From Myxococcota bacterium (GTDB lineage Bacteria > Myxococcota_A > UBA9160 > UBA4427), in contig OZ252299.1 in assembly GCA_965250285.1 (NCBI GenBank), positions 5,312,001 to 5,376,000 of the forward strand: a stretch of DNA of 64,000 bases. The letters are read 5' to 3'. Position 1 is the first letter of the stretch, and each line of letters begins with the position of its first letter. The notes beneath the pieces are model-generated. The model had not been told where the DNA came from. It saw only the letters and a list, made by a program, of their open reading frames with translations, and did no database searches. The translations under genes were made by a program, and so were the position numbers. This document shows positions 1 through 9,497 of the stretch, piece by piece.

Positions 1-35
1 GCGCGCGGGGCCCCACGGATCGTTTGGGGGTGGGG

Positions 36-113
36 AGGGCTCGCCGCGGCCTTTGGCCGCGTCTTGCTGGAGTTGGTTCGGAAGGGCTCGCCGCGGCCTT
101 TGGCCGCGTCTTG
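36..113. repeat. Two identical 31-bp direct repeats, each with an internal hairpin (REP-like)
   Basis: agggctcgccgcggcctttggccgcgtcttg at 36-66 and 83-113; each copy contains cgcggcc-ttt-ggccgcg; lies just downstream of the selD stop. Confidence 0.85.
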
Positions 114-134
114 TGGGGGGTGGTGTCGGAGGGG

Positions 135-2393
135 TCAGGCGAGGTGGGCTTGGCCTGGGCCGGGGTGGATGTGGCCGATGATGCGGGCGGTCGGGTCGCC
201 AGCCTGGTGGAGGGCGGTGACGTAGGCATCGGCGTCATTGGGGGCGACGGCGACGAGCAGGCCGCCCGAGGTCTGAGGGTCGATCAGCAGGTCGATCGTC
301 GACGCGTCGGGGAGCTCACCCTTCACGGTGAAACGGCGCGCCTCGGCGTTGGCGGCGTGGGCGGTGCTGTGGAGACCGCGCGCGAAGAAGTCGAGGGCGC
401 CGGGCAAGGCCGGCACCTGGGCCACGTCGATCGTCGCGTCGACCCGGCTCGCCTGGAGCATCTCGCCGAGATGACCGAGCAGGCCGAATCCACTCACGTC
501 GGTCGCCGCCGCGACATCGTGTTCGAGCGCGAGTCGGGCGGCGTCGGCATTCGATCGCAGCATCGAGTCGACGGTGGACTGCCAGATGTGCCCGGGCGCG
601 AGCCCGCGCATGTCGGCGGCGAGGACGACCCCCGTGCCGAGCGGCTTCGTCAGCACGAGCCGATCGTGCGGGCGCAGTCGATCGACGGCGAGCGGCGCCG
701 TCTCGCCCGGCATCGTGCCGGTGATGGTGAGACCGACGAACAGCTCGGGGCCGACCGTCGTGTGGCCGCCGACGAGGCTGACGCCGGCGGCATCGAGCTC
801 GTGGCGCAGCGCGGCGAGCACCTGATCGAGTCGCCGCCGGGTGCGTTCGGGTGTGCTGCGTTCGACGGTGACGAGCGCGAGCGCGTGGCGCGGCGTGCCG
901 CCCTTGGCGTAGACGTCCGAGAGCGCGTTCTGCGCAGCGACGCGCGCGACGAGCCACGGATCGTCGTCGAAGGCGCGAAAGCCGTCGACCGTGGCGAGCA
1001 GCACGTCCCCACCCGGCAGCTGCAAGGCCGCCGCATCGTCGGGGCGGTCGAGTCCGAGCAACACCGAGGGATCGTCGGGCGCGGCCGCGAGCTCGGCGAG
1101 GGCGGCCTCGAGCGAGCGCGGATCGACCTTGGCCGCACACCCGCCGCACTCCATCTCGGCCTCGTCGCCCTGCATGGAGGGGAAGCTCGGGCTCGGGCGG
1201 CCCGCCCCGTCGAGCACCTGGAACTTCTCCATGAACGCCCGGTCGATGCGCTCTTTGAGCCGCCACGGTGCGCGCCCCGCGAAGCTGACACCGTTTCTGT
1301 GGGCGATGGCACGGCCATCGCCGAGGTTGAGCAGATGCAGGAAGTCGCGCTGCGGGCGATAGGGCTCGAGCCTTCGGCCTTCGAGCGTGGCGCGCAGGTT
1401 GCGTGAGAGCACCGGCCCCTGGCGCACCGCATACACGCCCGCCTTGGGCAGTCGCTGCGGCGTGAATGCTGCACAATCGCCGGCGGCAAAGAGCGTGTCG
1501 CTGCCTTCGACGCGCAGATCGGCGCCCACGCGGACGAAGCCGGCCTCATCGAGGGGCAGCGGCGACGAGGTGCAGACGGGCAGGGCGGCGCCGCCGGCCG
1601 CCCAGATGACGAGATCGGCGGGATGATCGTGGCGGTCGCCCGACGCGGCGGCCGGGGCCGACGCCGGCCGCACGGTCGAAACGGCGTCGCGTCGCACCTC
1701 GACCACCTGCGAGCGCGGGACGAACCGGATGCCTCGCTCGTCGAGCGCCTTCTGCACGGCGCGGCGAAGCGACGGCTTCGCCCCACCCATTGGCTGCGCG
1801 TCGGGCGAGAGCAGCGACCATTCGAAGCGACGCGCGAGATCGCCCAGCCGTGCGTGAAGCGTGCAGGCGATCTCGACGCCGGCGGCACCGGCCCCGACGA
1901 CGACGACGCGCTGAGGCGAGCCGTCGGGGTTTGCCTCGAATCGCTCGCGCAGGGAGCGCACCGCCTCGTCGAGCCGCTCGACGAAACGGCCGATCGGCCG
2001 GGTCGCGAGCGCGAACCGCTCGACGCCTTTCAGCTCGAGCCCCCGTACGGTCGAGCCGACGTCGAGGCTCGCGACGTCGAAGGCGATGGGGGGCCGCCCT
2101 TCGAGCTCGATGCGACGCTCGACTGGATCGATCCGGGTGGCGGCCGAGAGCACGACGCTGCCGCCTGCGCGACGCACCAGCGGAACGAGATCGATCGTGC
2201 ACTCGGCCGCATCGAAGTCACCGGCGACGAAGCCAGGCACCATGCCCGAGTAGAGCGCCTCGGCGCGGTCGAGTACGACCGTCAGCGCGACGCCCTCGAC
2301 GGGCGACATCATCCACTGCTTGATGACCTGGACGTGGGCGTGTCCACCGCCGACGAGGACGAGGTCTCGCTCGGGCGTGGTCACGGGTTGCAC
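135..2393 (-). CDS. selD: Selenide, water dikinase fused to an N-terminal FAD/pyridine nucleotide-disulfide oxidoreductase domain
   Basis: N-terminal LVLVGGGHAH and VVVGAGAAG Rossmann motifs, FAAGDCA; C-terminal CGGCAAK, DDAAAL, NALSDVYAKGG, LVGGHT, LTKPLGTG, TDVSGFGLLGHL, DPQTSGGLL; GTG start. Confidence 0.93.
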   Translation of the reverse strand: MQPVTTPERDLVLVGGGHAHVQVIKQWMMSPVEGVALTVVLDRAEALYSGMVPGFVAGDFDAAECTIDLVPLVRRAGGSVVLSAATRIDPVERRIELEGRPPIAFDVASLDVGSTVRGLELKGVERFALATRPIGRFVERLDEAVRSLRERFEANPDGSPQRVVVVGAGAAGVEIACTLHARLGDLARRFEWSLLSPDAQPMGGAKPSLRRAVQKALDERGIRFVPRSQVVEVRRDAVSTVRPASAPAAASGDRHDHPADLVIWAAGGAALPVCTSSPLPLDEAGFVRVGADLRVEGSDTLFAAGDCAAFTPQRLPKAGVYAVRQGPVLSRNLRATLEGRRLEPYRPQRDFLHLLNLGDGRAIAHRNGVSFAGRAPWRLKERIDRAFMEKFQVLDGAGRPSPSFPSMQGDEAEMECGGCAAKVDPRSLEAALAELAAAPDDPSVLLGLDRPDDAAALQLPGGDVLLATVDGFRAFDDDPWLVARVAAQNALSDVYAKGGTPRHALALVTVERSTPERTRRRLDQVLAALRHELDAAGVSLVGGHTTVGPELFVGLTITGTMPGETAPLAVDRLRPHDRLVLTKPLGTGVVLAADMRGLAPGHIWQSTVDSMLRSNADAARLALEHDVAAATDVSGFGLLGHLGEMLQASRVDATIDVAQVPALPGALDFFARGLHSTAHAANAEARRFTVKGELPDASTIDLLIDPQTSGGLLVAVAPNDADAYVTALHQAGDPTARIIGHIHPGPGQAHLA

Positions 2394-2403
2394 GCGCGGG
2401 GCT

Positions 2404-3816
2404 CTAGGCTGCGCGCACGACGATGCGCGTGACGGCCTTGACGTTGGCGCAGGCCGACGCTTCGGGGACGTCGTCGGGGATCAGCAGCCGAAACGGGCCG
2501 CCCTTCTTCTCTGAGAGCGGCTCGCCGCCATCGCCGTGCAGCAGCACGCCCTCGCGCAGCGCATGCAGGGGCACCGGCTCACTGGCGAACCCGTCGGCGG
2601 CGCAGATGACCGCGAACCCGTCGTCGGGGGCTTCGACGCGCTCGAGCACGCCCGACATGCGCGCCGCGCTGCCCGTGCGCTTCGGAAAGAGACCGCTGAC
2701 GTCGTCGATCTGGCCGTCGACCCCGGCCACGTCGTCGCGGCGCAGCACCGCGGTGCTCTCGTCGGGCAGTACGAACTCGATCTGATTGGCCTGGGCGCGC
2801 AGCTCGGTCTCGTCGAGGATCGCGGCCTCGATCGACCTCGCGAGCGCATCGATGAGTGCCTGGCCGTCGCCCGCGGCGATGAGATCGACGCGACTGTCTC
2901 GGCGATGCGCCGTCGACGCGACGTTCGTCACGCCGGCCGTCCACTCGACGCGCAAGAAGCCCTCGCGCGTGCGGAACAAACCCTTGGCGCGGGTCAGTCG
3001 GCCCGCGCCCTCCTGCTTCGCGGCTGCCTCGAGCGCGTCTTCGATTCGGCTGCGTTCGAACACGACATCGGGCGCCCACGCGAGCGAGCGCGCGACGAAT
3101 CCATCGGTCGAACCGTGCGGTGCATGGTCATGCGCGTGATCGTGATCATGGCCGTGGTCGTGATGATGATCGTGTGCGTGCGGGTCGCTCGCCGGCGCCC
3201 GACGCGGCCCCTCGCCTTCGGGCCAGGTCATGTGCTCCATCGAGAGTGCGCCGTGGCTCGTGTGCAGCGTGTCGAGGGGGGCGGGCCAGAGTGCGGCGGC
3301 CCATGCATCGAACGCGGCGAGCTCGCTCTCGCTACACACGTCGGCGTGATTCGCGACGAGCACGTCGGCGACCTCGGCCTGCTCATCGATCAGCCCCTTC
3401 TCCTCGGGCGACGGCGATGCGAGGCGCCTCGGGTCGACGAGCACCACGACGGGCTCGACCTCGACCTCGTCGCGGTGGGGTCCGCGGCGGATCGTGTCGA
3501 CCAGATCCTGCGGTCGCGCGAGACCGGTCGGCTCGATCAGGATGCGGTCGGGCTTCTGCGCGAGAATCGAGCCCAGCGCGTTGACGAAGCCCTCCGGTGC
3601 CGTGCAGCAGACGCAGCCACCGGGGATGTTCGTGATCTCGAAGGGCGACTCGCCTTCGATCACCGCTTCGTCGAAGCCGGCTTCGCCGAAATCGTTCACG
3701 ATGACGGCGATCTGCTCGTCGCTCGCCTGGTCGCGACGAAGCCGCAGCTGGTGCCGGATCGCGGTCGTCTTGCCGGCACCGAGAAAACCCGAGACGATGT
3801 GGAGGGGGATGGGCAT
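2404..3816 (-). CDS. CobW/COG0523-family metal-binding GTPase with His-rich linker and extra C-terminal molybdopterin-oxidoreductase-like domain
   Basis: SGFLGAGKTT, VNDFGE, GGCVCC, IEPTG, HAHDHHHDHGHDHDHAHDH, RAKGLF; ATG at 3816 preceded by GAGGAG. Confidence 0.88.
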   Translation of the reverse strand: MPIPLHIVSGFLGAGKTTAIRHQLRLRRDQASDEQIAVIVNDFGEAGFDEAVIEGESPFEITNIPGGCVCCTAPEGFVNALGSILAQKPDRILIEPTGLARPQDLVDTIRRGPHRDEVEVEPVVVLVDPRRLASPSPEEKGLIDEQAEVADVLVANHADVCSESELAAFDAWAAALWPAPLDTLHTSHGALSMEHMTWPEGEGPRRAPASDPHAHDHHHDHGHDHDHAHDHAPHGSTDGFVARSLAWAPDVVFERSRIEDALEAAAKQEGAGRLTRAKGLFRTREGFLRVEWTAGVTNVASTAHRRDSRVDLIAAGDGQALIDALARSIEAAILDETELRAQANQIEFVLPDESTAVLRRDDVAGVDGQIDDVSGLFPKRTGSAARMSGVLERVEAPDDGFAVICAADGFASEPVPLHALREGVLLHGDGGEPLSEKKGGPFRLLIPDDVPEASACANVKAVTRIVVRAA

Positions 3817-3907
3817 GGCGTGCTCCTCGATGATTCGAGCGGGCGGCCTGTCGTCATGGCCGCCCCGGTTTCGATTCCGCCGTGGCGGGCGGCGTGACCG
3901 GGTCGCC

Positions 3908-5569
<1,662 letters not shown>

Positions 5570-5698
5570 CGTCTCTCGCGGTCTCCAGCGTGCGGATCAG
5601 GCAGGGTAGCGGACGGTGCGCGCGCGGGCGCAGGGCCGGTCCGGGCCTGCCCCGGCGCGATTCGCCGCGCCCGGTTCGTGCGCGGCGACGCCGCGGCG

Positions 5699-6307
5699 TC
5701 AGAGGTTCTGCACGCTCGGCCGGGCGTCCATCGCCTTTCGCCAGCGGTCGATCTGCGAGAAGCCGGTCGGCACGTCGATGCCACCGAACTCGGCGAAGCC
5801 ATAGCCCGCGCGCAACGTGCAGTCGGCGATGCACGGACGCTCGCCGCCGAGGAACTCGCTCGACTCGAGCTTGCGATCGAGCACCGCGAGCACGTCGGGC
5901 ACCGACGACATGGCCGACTCGGCCACCTGAGGCTTCGGCTCGAGGCCCATCGGCGAGTTCGTCGCGTGCACCGTGCGGGCGAACGCGATCAGCACCCCGA
6001 GATCGGCCAGCCGGTCGAGCTCGCGCACCCGAACGCGCTCTTCGGGCGTCGTGCCGATCATGGTCGGGTCGGGGTAGCGCTCCTCGAGGTATTCGATGAT
6101 CGCCGACGACTCGGTGACGTACGTGCCGTCGTCGAACTCGAGCACGGGGAGCTTGCCCAGCGGGTGCCGCTGCAGGTGCGCCTCCGACTTGTGCTGGCCC
6201 TCCATCAGACTGACCAGCTCCATGTCGACGTCGTCGATGCCCTTCTCGCCCATGTAGATGCGAACTCGAGTGGGGTTCGGCGCGATCGGGAAGTAGTAGA
6301 GCTTCAC
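5699..6307 (-). CDS. Glutathione S-transferase family protein
   Basis: APNPTRVRI, HPLGKLPVLEFDDG, ESSAIIEYLEE, IADCT. Confidence 0.9.
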   Translation of the reverse strand: MKLYYFPIAPNPTRVRIYMGEKGIDDVDMELVSLMEGQHKSEAHLQRHPLGKLPVLEFDDGTYVTESSAIIEYLEERYPDPTMIGTTPEERVRVRELDRLADLGVLIAFARTVHATNSPMGLEPKPQVAESAMSSVPDVLAVLDRKLESSEFLGGERPCIADCTLRAGYGFAEFGGIDVPTGFSQIDRWRKAMDARPSVQNL

Positions 6308-6405
6308 GTGTGGGGCTCCTTGGGGGGGCTGGGTCTGGGTCTGGGTTGGATGCTCGGGGGGGATGGAGCGTAGCTTCGAGGAGGGGTGGGGATTGGGTGC
6401 TGGGG

Positions 6406-6538
6406 CGGGTTTTCGGGGGTGTCGTCCTCAGATTACGGCGGGCTGGCTGTACGGGGATGGGGCGTGTGTGGCTGGGGCGTACGGGCTCGCGCGGACGGAG
6501 CCCGCCTTCAACTTGCGGGCGACACCCCCGAAAACCCG
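6406..6538. repeat. 19-bp perfect inverted repeat enclosing an internal hairpin (MITE/REP-like)
   Basis: cgggttttcgggggtgtcg (6406-6424) pairs with cgacacccccgaaaacccg (6520-6538), with an imperfect inward extension; inner stem cgggctc...gagcccg at 6482-6504. Confidence 0.75.
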
Positions 6539-6609
6539 AGCGGCGCGGCCCGCGTTCGGGGTACGCGCGGCGCTCCACACCGGTGGGTGTGGGAGGGGGG
6601 AGCGTGGGG

Positions 6610-9279
6610 TCAGGCGTTCTCTTCGATGCGGGCTCGGAGCCTTGCGGCGAGCCAGGCGAGGTCGAAGGGCTTCGCGACGATCTCGATGCCGCTGTCGGTT
6701 TCGCGCGCGCCGTGGCCCGTGGCGATCATCACCGGCACGTCGGGGGCGATGCGCGCGATCTCTTCGGCGGCGGCCGGCCCCTCGAGGCCCGGCATGCTCC
6801 AGTCGAGCAGGACGGCGTCGAAGCCGCCCGGCTCGGCGGCAAAGCGCTTCACCGCCTCGTCGCCGTCGCCCGCGGTGATCACTTCGAACCCGTTGGCCTC
6901 GAGGCCGCGAACGAGCACCGTCCGCACCGCTTCGTCGTCATCGGCCACGAGGATGCGCTCGCGCTGTGCGTGGGCCGTCGAGAGCGCGATGGCGTCGTTC
7001 GGGTCGGTGGCTCCACCGCGCGTGTCGTCGTCGGTCTCGAGCGGCAGGTAGATGTGAAAGTGGCTGCCCCGACCGAGCTCGCTCTCGACGTCGATCCAGC
7101 CGCCATGGGCGGTCACGACGCCGTGCACGATCGCGAGGCCGAGCCCGGTCCCCTGTCCGACGGGCTTCGTCGTGTAGAACGGCTCGAAGATGCGCTCGAC
7201 CGTATCGGCGTCGAGGCCGTGGCCGCTGTCGGAGACGCCGAAGTACAGGTGCCGGCCGGGGCGGCCCATCCCGCGTCGTCGCACGTGATCGACGTCGACG
7301 TCGCGCACGTCCGCGCGGATCTCGATCGAACCCTCGCCTTCGATCGCATCGCGTGCGTTGAGGGCGAGGTTGACCATCACCTGCTGCAGCTGAGCGCCGT
7401 CGGCGAGTACGGCCGGCAAACGCGGCGCCGCGTGACATTCGAGCGCGATCGACGCCGGCATCAGCGGGCGCAGCAGGTCGTTCAGCTCGAGTACGATGCG
7501 GTTCGGCGCGACGCGATCGAGCGACACCGGCGCGCGGCGCGCGAACGACAGCAGCGAACGCGTGAGCTGTGCACAGTGATCGGCGGCGCGTTCGACGTCT
7601 TCGAGCGCCTCGTCGACATCTGTGCTGTGGCCGGTGCCATCGCCGACGCTGTCCCGCGCGAACCGGACGTTGCCGAGGATCACGGCCAGCTGGTTGTTGA
7701 AGTCGTGGGCGATGCCGCCCGAGAGCGTGCCGATCGTCTCGAGCTTCTGGGCGTGGCGCAGCTGGTCGCCGAGCGCGCGTTCGTGCGTCACGTCGCGAGA
7801 CGCCCAGATGCGCGCGGTCAGCTCGCCCCGCTCGTCGTGCACGGCGCTCGAGAACAGCAGCAGGGTGGCGAGGTCGGGCCGCATCAACTCGATCTCGACG
7901 TCGCGCACGACGCCGTCGGCCGTCCTGTTCGTCTGGATGTACTCGACGAGCGCATCGGCGTTGGTGACCTTCGGCAGCACGTCGTCGATGAATCGTTCGA
8001 GCGGTCCGCCGACGAAGCGCTCGGGGTCGCTGCAGCCGACGTGCTCTGCGGCGTTCGTGTTCATCAGCTCGACCTGGCCATTCGCGGTCGTCACCAGCAG
8101 GCCCATGGGCGCCGTCTCGATCACCGCGGCGAGCTTGCGCCGCTCGCGCAGCAGGTCGACGTTGGCCCGGTCGCGCTGCTGGATCGACAACACATGGCTG
8201 AGCGAGAGCGAGAGCTCGCGCGCAAGCGTCGCGAGCACGCTGCACACGTGGTCGGCGAGCGGTCGACCGTCGATGCGACCGACGCCGAATACGCCGAGCA
8301 CCTTGCCCTGCCACTCGAGCGGCACCAGCGCACAGCAGTCATCGTCGATCGTGTCGCAGCGTCGCGCGAGATCTTCGACGCTGGGCGCCGCTTCGCCGCC
8401 CGGTTGCGCGGCGAGATCTTCGACGCGCAGCACGTGCCGGTGCACAGCGACGTCGATGTAGGGGGGCAGGTCGTTCGCATCGCTCGCCACCCAGCGCCCG
8501 CTCGCGTTCGACCAGCGCCAGATGCCGACCCAGTCGACGGGCAGGCGGCCCGAGAGAAGACCGACTGCCTCTTCGAGCAGGGTCGGGCCCACGAGGTGCC
8601 GCGTGCCGAGGTGGGCGAGATCGCGCAGCAGAGCGAGCTCTCGCTCGCGATCGCTGATCAGCTCGTCGACGCGATCCCGGCTGAGTCGCAGCACGACGAC
8701 GATCTGTGTGCCGGCGAGCGCGACCGTGCCGATGCTGATCAGCAGCTTCGACGCCTGCCGATCCCAGTCCATGATCCAGGTCGTTGCCATGAAGCCCTCG
8801 GCGAGCGCCATGATCAAGTGGGCCGACACCAGGGCCATCTGATCGGCCGTGCCGCCGAGGTGCCGCGACCATCGCCACACGAGGTATGCGGCGCCGAGGT
8901 GGGCCCCCGACTCGACGGGGATGCTGAGCAGCTCGGCCGTGGTCGAATCGCCGAGCACACCGGTCAGTGCGCGGGCCGCGATGATCACCGCCCCCATCGG
9001 CGCGACCCAGACCGGCGGCTTCCACCGAACGAGGGTGAAGACCCCGTAGAGGAAGCAGAGCGGGGCGACGCTCGACAGCACGTAGCCGAAGAAGAGAGGA
9101 ACGAGGGCCGAAGAACCCGGTGCGTCTTCGGCGACGCCGCCGAGCAGGGCCGACGAGATGAAGGCGAGCCAACCGAGGGTCCAGGCGCGGATCGAGGGAT
9201 CGCCCTCGCTCGCGAGGATCCGAGAGCCGGCCGCCACGAAAGCGGCACCGACGACTGTCAGGAGGAACGTTTCGACCAT
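6610..9279 (-). CDS. Membrane-bound hybrid sensor histidine kinase/response regulator (TM-GAF-like-PAS-HisKA-HATPase-REC)
   Basis: About 6-7 hydrophobic N-terminal segments; GGIAHDFNN H-box; NLALNARDA; DSGHG; FEPFYTTK; GTGLGL; ILVADDD...LLDWSMP...AKPF receiver. Confidence 0.93.
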   Translation of the reverse strand: MVETFLLTVVGAAFVAAGSRILASEGDPSIRAWTLGWLAFISSALLGGVAEDAPGSSALVPLFFGYVLSSVAPLCFLYGVFTLVRWKPPVWVAPMGAVIIAARALTGVLGDSTTAELLSIPVESGAHLGAAYLVWRWSRHLGGTADQMALVSAHLIMALAEGFMATTWIMDWDRQASKLLISIGTVALAGTQIVVVLRLSRDRVDELISDRERELALLRDLAHLGTRHLVGPTLLEEAVGLLSGRLPVDWVGIWRWSNASGRWVASDANDLPPYIDVAVHRHVLRVEDLAAQPGGEAAPSVEDLARRCDTIDDDCCALVPLEWQGKVLGVFGVGRIDGRPLADHVCSVLATLARELSLSLSHVLSIQQRDRANVDLLRERRKLAAVIETAPMGLLVTTANGQVELMNTNAAEHVGCSDPERFVGGPLERFIDDVLPKVTNADALVEYIQTNRTADGVVRDVEIELMRPDLATLLLFSSAVHDERGELTARIWASRDVTHERALGDQLRHAQKLETIGTLSGGIAHDFNNQLAVILGNVRFARDSVGDGTGHSTDVDEALEDVERAADHCAQLTRSLLSFARRAPVSLDRVAPNRIVLELNDLLRPLMPASIALECHAAPRLPAVLADGAQLQQVMVNLALNARDAIEGEGSIEIRADVRDVDVDHVRRRGMGRPGRHLYFGVSDSGHGLDADTVERIFEPFYTTKPVGQGTGLGLAIVHGVVTAHGGWIDVESELGRGSHFHIYLPLETDDDTRGGATDPNDAIALSTAHAQRERILVADDDEAVRTVLVRGLEANGFEVITAGDGDEAVKRFAAEPGGFDAVLLDWSMPGLEGPAAAEEIARIAPDVPVMIATGHGARETDSGIEIVAKPFDLAWLAARLRARIEENA

Positions 9280-9497
9280 CTCTCGCCGTGCGCGGCGCGC
9301 CCGTGGGCGAGCCGCATCGGGTGTTCACCCGATATCGGGTCAGCGACGATGTCTCTTTAGAGCGTGGGATCGCCAGCAAGATCGCGTCGAGGGGTGCGAA
9401 ATTGCGGATCGAATAATCCGAGTTGCGGATGCGCGAGCGCGGTCTCAGCTCGACGAGAGCGACACCTCGCAGTGACGCCTGCACCGTGAGAGCCGCT

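Noticed and set aside
36..113. Possible mini CRISPR array (31-bp palindromic repeat)
   Set aside because: Only two copies, a 16-nt spacer, and no cas genes or AT-rich leader in the window.
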